Below, in pieces: positions 48,970 to 50,301 of a stretch of DNA of 50,301 bases (position 1 is its first letter; every line of letters begins with the position of its first letter). A model generated the notes under the pieces. It saw nothing but the letters and a program-made list of their open reading frames with translations. It made no database searches and had not been told where the DNA came from. Both the position numbers and the translations under genes were made by a program. Source of the DNA: a bacterium (GTDB taxonomy: Bacteria; Patescibacteriota; Minisyncoccia; Minisyncoccales; UBA10102); assembly GCA_030698665.1 (NCBI GenBank), contig JAUYMI010000029.1, forward strand, positions 1-50,301. The letters run 5' to 3'.

Positions 48970-49007
48970 GATGGACAAAAGACCCGAAAAAGCGTAGAAT
49001 CTGCCCC

Positions 49008-50301
49008 ATGAGAACTCGCTACAACCACCAGGAGGTGGAGCGTAGGTGGCGGAAGATTTGGGCTGAAAAGAAGGCCTGGGAGGTTGATTTGGCAAGAGCC
49101 AAAAACCCGTACTACAACCTCATGATGTTTCCTTATCCCTCAGCTGAGGGTCTGCATGTGGGGAACGTCTACGCCTTCACGGGGTCTGATATTTTCGGAA
49201 GGTTCCAGAGGATGAGAGGATATGATGTCTTTGAACCCATCGGGTTTGACGCTTTTGGTATTCATTCAGAGAATTTTGCCATCAAGCAAGGCACTCATCC
49301 CAAAGAACAGACAGCCCAGAATGTGGCGCATTTTACAGAACAGCTTTCCCAGATGGGGGCTCTCTTTGCTTGGGACCACAAGATTAACACCACGGACGCC
49401 GCGTACTACAGGTGGACCCAGTGGCTCTTTCTCCAGCTGTACAAAGCGGGCTTGGCGTACCGGGCAAAGGCCGCTGTTGACTGGTGCCCCTCTTGCAAGA
49501 CAGTGTTGGCGAACGAGCAGGTGATTCAGGGAAGGTGCGAGCGGTGTGATTCGGAGGTTATTCAAAAGGAGTTGGAACAGTGGTTTTTTAAGATTACCAA
49601 GTACGCAGAGCGTCTTTTGGAGAATTTAGAAACAATTGACTGGAGCGAGAGAACCAAGCTTGCTCAGAAAAACTGGATCGGCAAGTCAGAAGGAGCTGAG
49701 TTGGATTTCCCCATCAAGGGCTCAGAGCATAAGATTGGGGTATTCACCACGAGACCCGACACCCTTTTTGGTGCCACCTATGTCGTTTTGGCTCCTGAGC
49801 ATCCCCTGGTGTCAGAACTCCTTTTGGGAGTTGAAAACAAAGCGGAGGTCAAAGAGTATATTGCCAAGGCCCGAACAAAGAGCGAGCTTGAGCGAGCCGA
49901 GCTTACTAAAGAGAAAACCGGAATTCAGCTACGGGGTGTTTGGTGCGTGAATCCTGGGAGCAAGGAAGAGGTGCCCGTATTCGTGGCCGACTATGTACTG
50001 GCCACGTATGGAACCGGGGCCATCATGGCGGTACCTGCGCATGACGAGAGGGATTGGGAGTTTGCAAAGAAGTATGACCTTCCCTTGCGTGTCGTTGTGG
50101 AGTCAGGGGAAGAAACCGATGGGGCGTACACGGGAAATGGAAGATTGGTGAATTCGGGGAAGTTTGACGGCATGACCTCCGAGGAGGCGCAAGATAGAAT
50201 CACAAAGGACGTTCGAGGAGAGAAGAAGATAAGATACCATCTTCGCGACTGGCTCATCTCGCGCCAGCGGTACTGGGGTCCCCCCATCCCCATTATATAC
50301 T
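49008..50301 (+). CDS. leuS: leucyl-tRNA synthetase, 5' partial (runs off the window)
   Basis: Hand translation gives MRTRYNHQEVERRWRKIWAEKKAW...PYPSAEGLHVGNVYAFTGSDIFGRFQRMRGYDVFEPIGFDAFG...CPSCKTVLANEQV...RCERC...TTRPDTLFGATYVVLAPEH...RDWLISRQRYWGPPIP. It is absent from the ORF track because no stop occurs in the window. Confidence 0.93.
   Translation, partial: MRTRYNHQEVERRWRKIWAEKKAWEVDLARAKNPYYNLMMFPYPSAEGLHVGNVYAFTGSDIFGRFQRMRGYDVFEPIGFDAFGIHSENFAIKQGTHPKEQTAQNVAHFTEQLSQMGALFAWDHKINTTDAAYYRWTQWLFLQLYKAGLAYRAKAAVDWCPSCKTVLANEQVIQGRCERCDSEVIQKELEQWFFKITKYAERLLENLETIDWSERTKLAQKNWIGKSEGAELDFPIKGSEHKIGVFTTRPDTLFGATYVVLAPEHPLVSELLLGVENKAEVKEYIAKARTKSELERAELTKEKTGIQLRGVWCVNPGSKEEVPVFVADYVLATYGTGAIMAVPAHDERDWEFAKKYDLPLRVVVESGEETDGAYTGNGRLVNSGKFDGMTSEEAQDRITKDVRGEKKIRYHLRDWLISRQRYWGPPIPIIY

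Noticed and set aside
1-50301. Alternative genetic code (UGA recoding, as in some CPR lineages)
   Set aside because: TGA terminates many well-defined genes here, often in ATGA overlaps (yidC/jag, polA/holA, ileS/recO). This is consistent with the standard bacterial code.

Overview
Origin-proximal chromosome segment of a small-genome bacterium. It uses the standard code: TGA is a stop, often in ATGA stop/start overlaps. The window is almost entirely housekeeping genes. jag-yidC-rnpA-rpmH lies divergent from dnaA-dnaN, with a perfect DnaA box in the dnaA-dnaN spacer. Then come a class A PBP, tyrS, ruvC-yebC-ruvB, a PilB-type ATPase, tsaE, polA (no 3'-5' exo domain), holA, rpsT, uvrB, ruvA, a MurE-like ligase, NIF3, tRNA-Arg(CCG), transporters and acyP. 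These are followed by a PD-(D/E)XK nuclease / EndoQ-like operon, greA, a SLOG-HD-Nudix-MGMT stretch, rplT-rpmI-infC, tmRNA (found by hand) next to smpB, argS, ileS, recO, glyQS, an M16 peptidase, an AI-2E transporter, metG, tatD, an Fe-S-less HhH-GPD glycosylase and the 5' part of leuS (open at the window end, absent from the ORF track). Trimmed domain architectures and many leaderless promoters are compatible with a CPR/Patescibacteria-like lineage; this is inference only. Most noteworthy: (1) ileS carries a ~205-aa histidine-phosphatase (PGAM-like) domain inserted in its catalytic core. (2) A ~400-nt non-coding island between ruvB and pilB has a consensus sigma70 promoter and an elaborate three-way-junction fold. 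(3) Four consecutive intergenic gaps (43.9-49.0 kb) each hold a G+C-richer, self-contained mini transcription unit (promoter, small ORF and/or structured RNA, terminator); these include an orphan Xis-type HTH and a leader with mutually exclusive terminator/antiterminator helices. (4) A terminated leader sits directly in front of greA. I saw no CRISPR array, transposase, integrase or rRNA. All family assignments come from motif recognition by eye, and no database search was possible.
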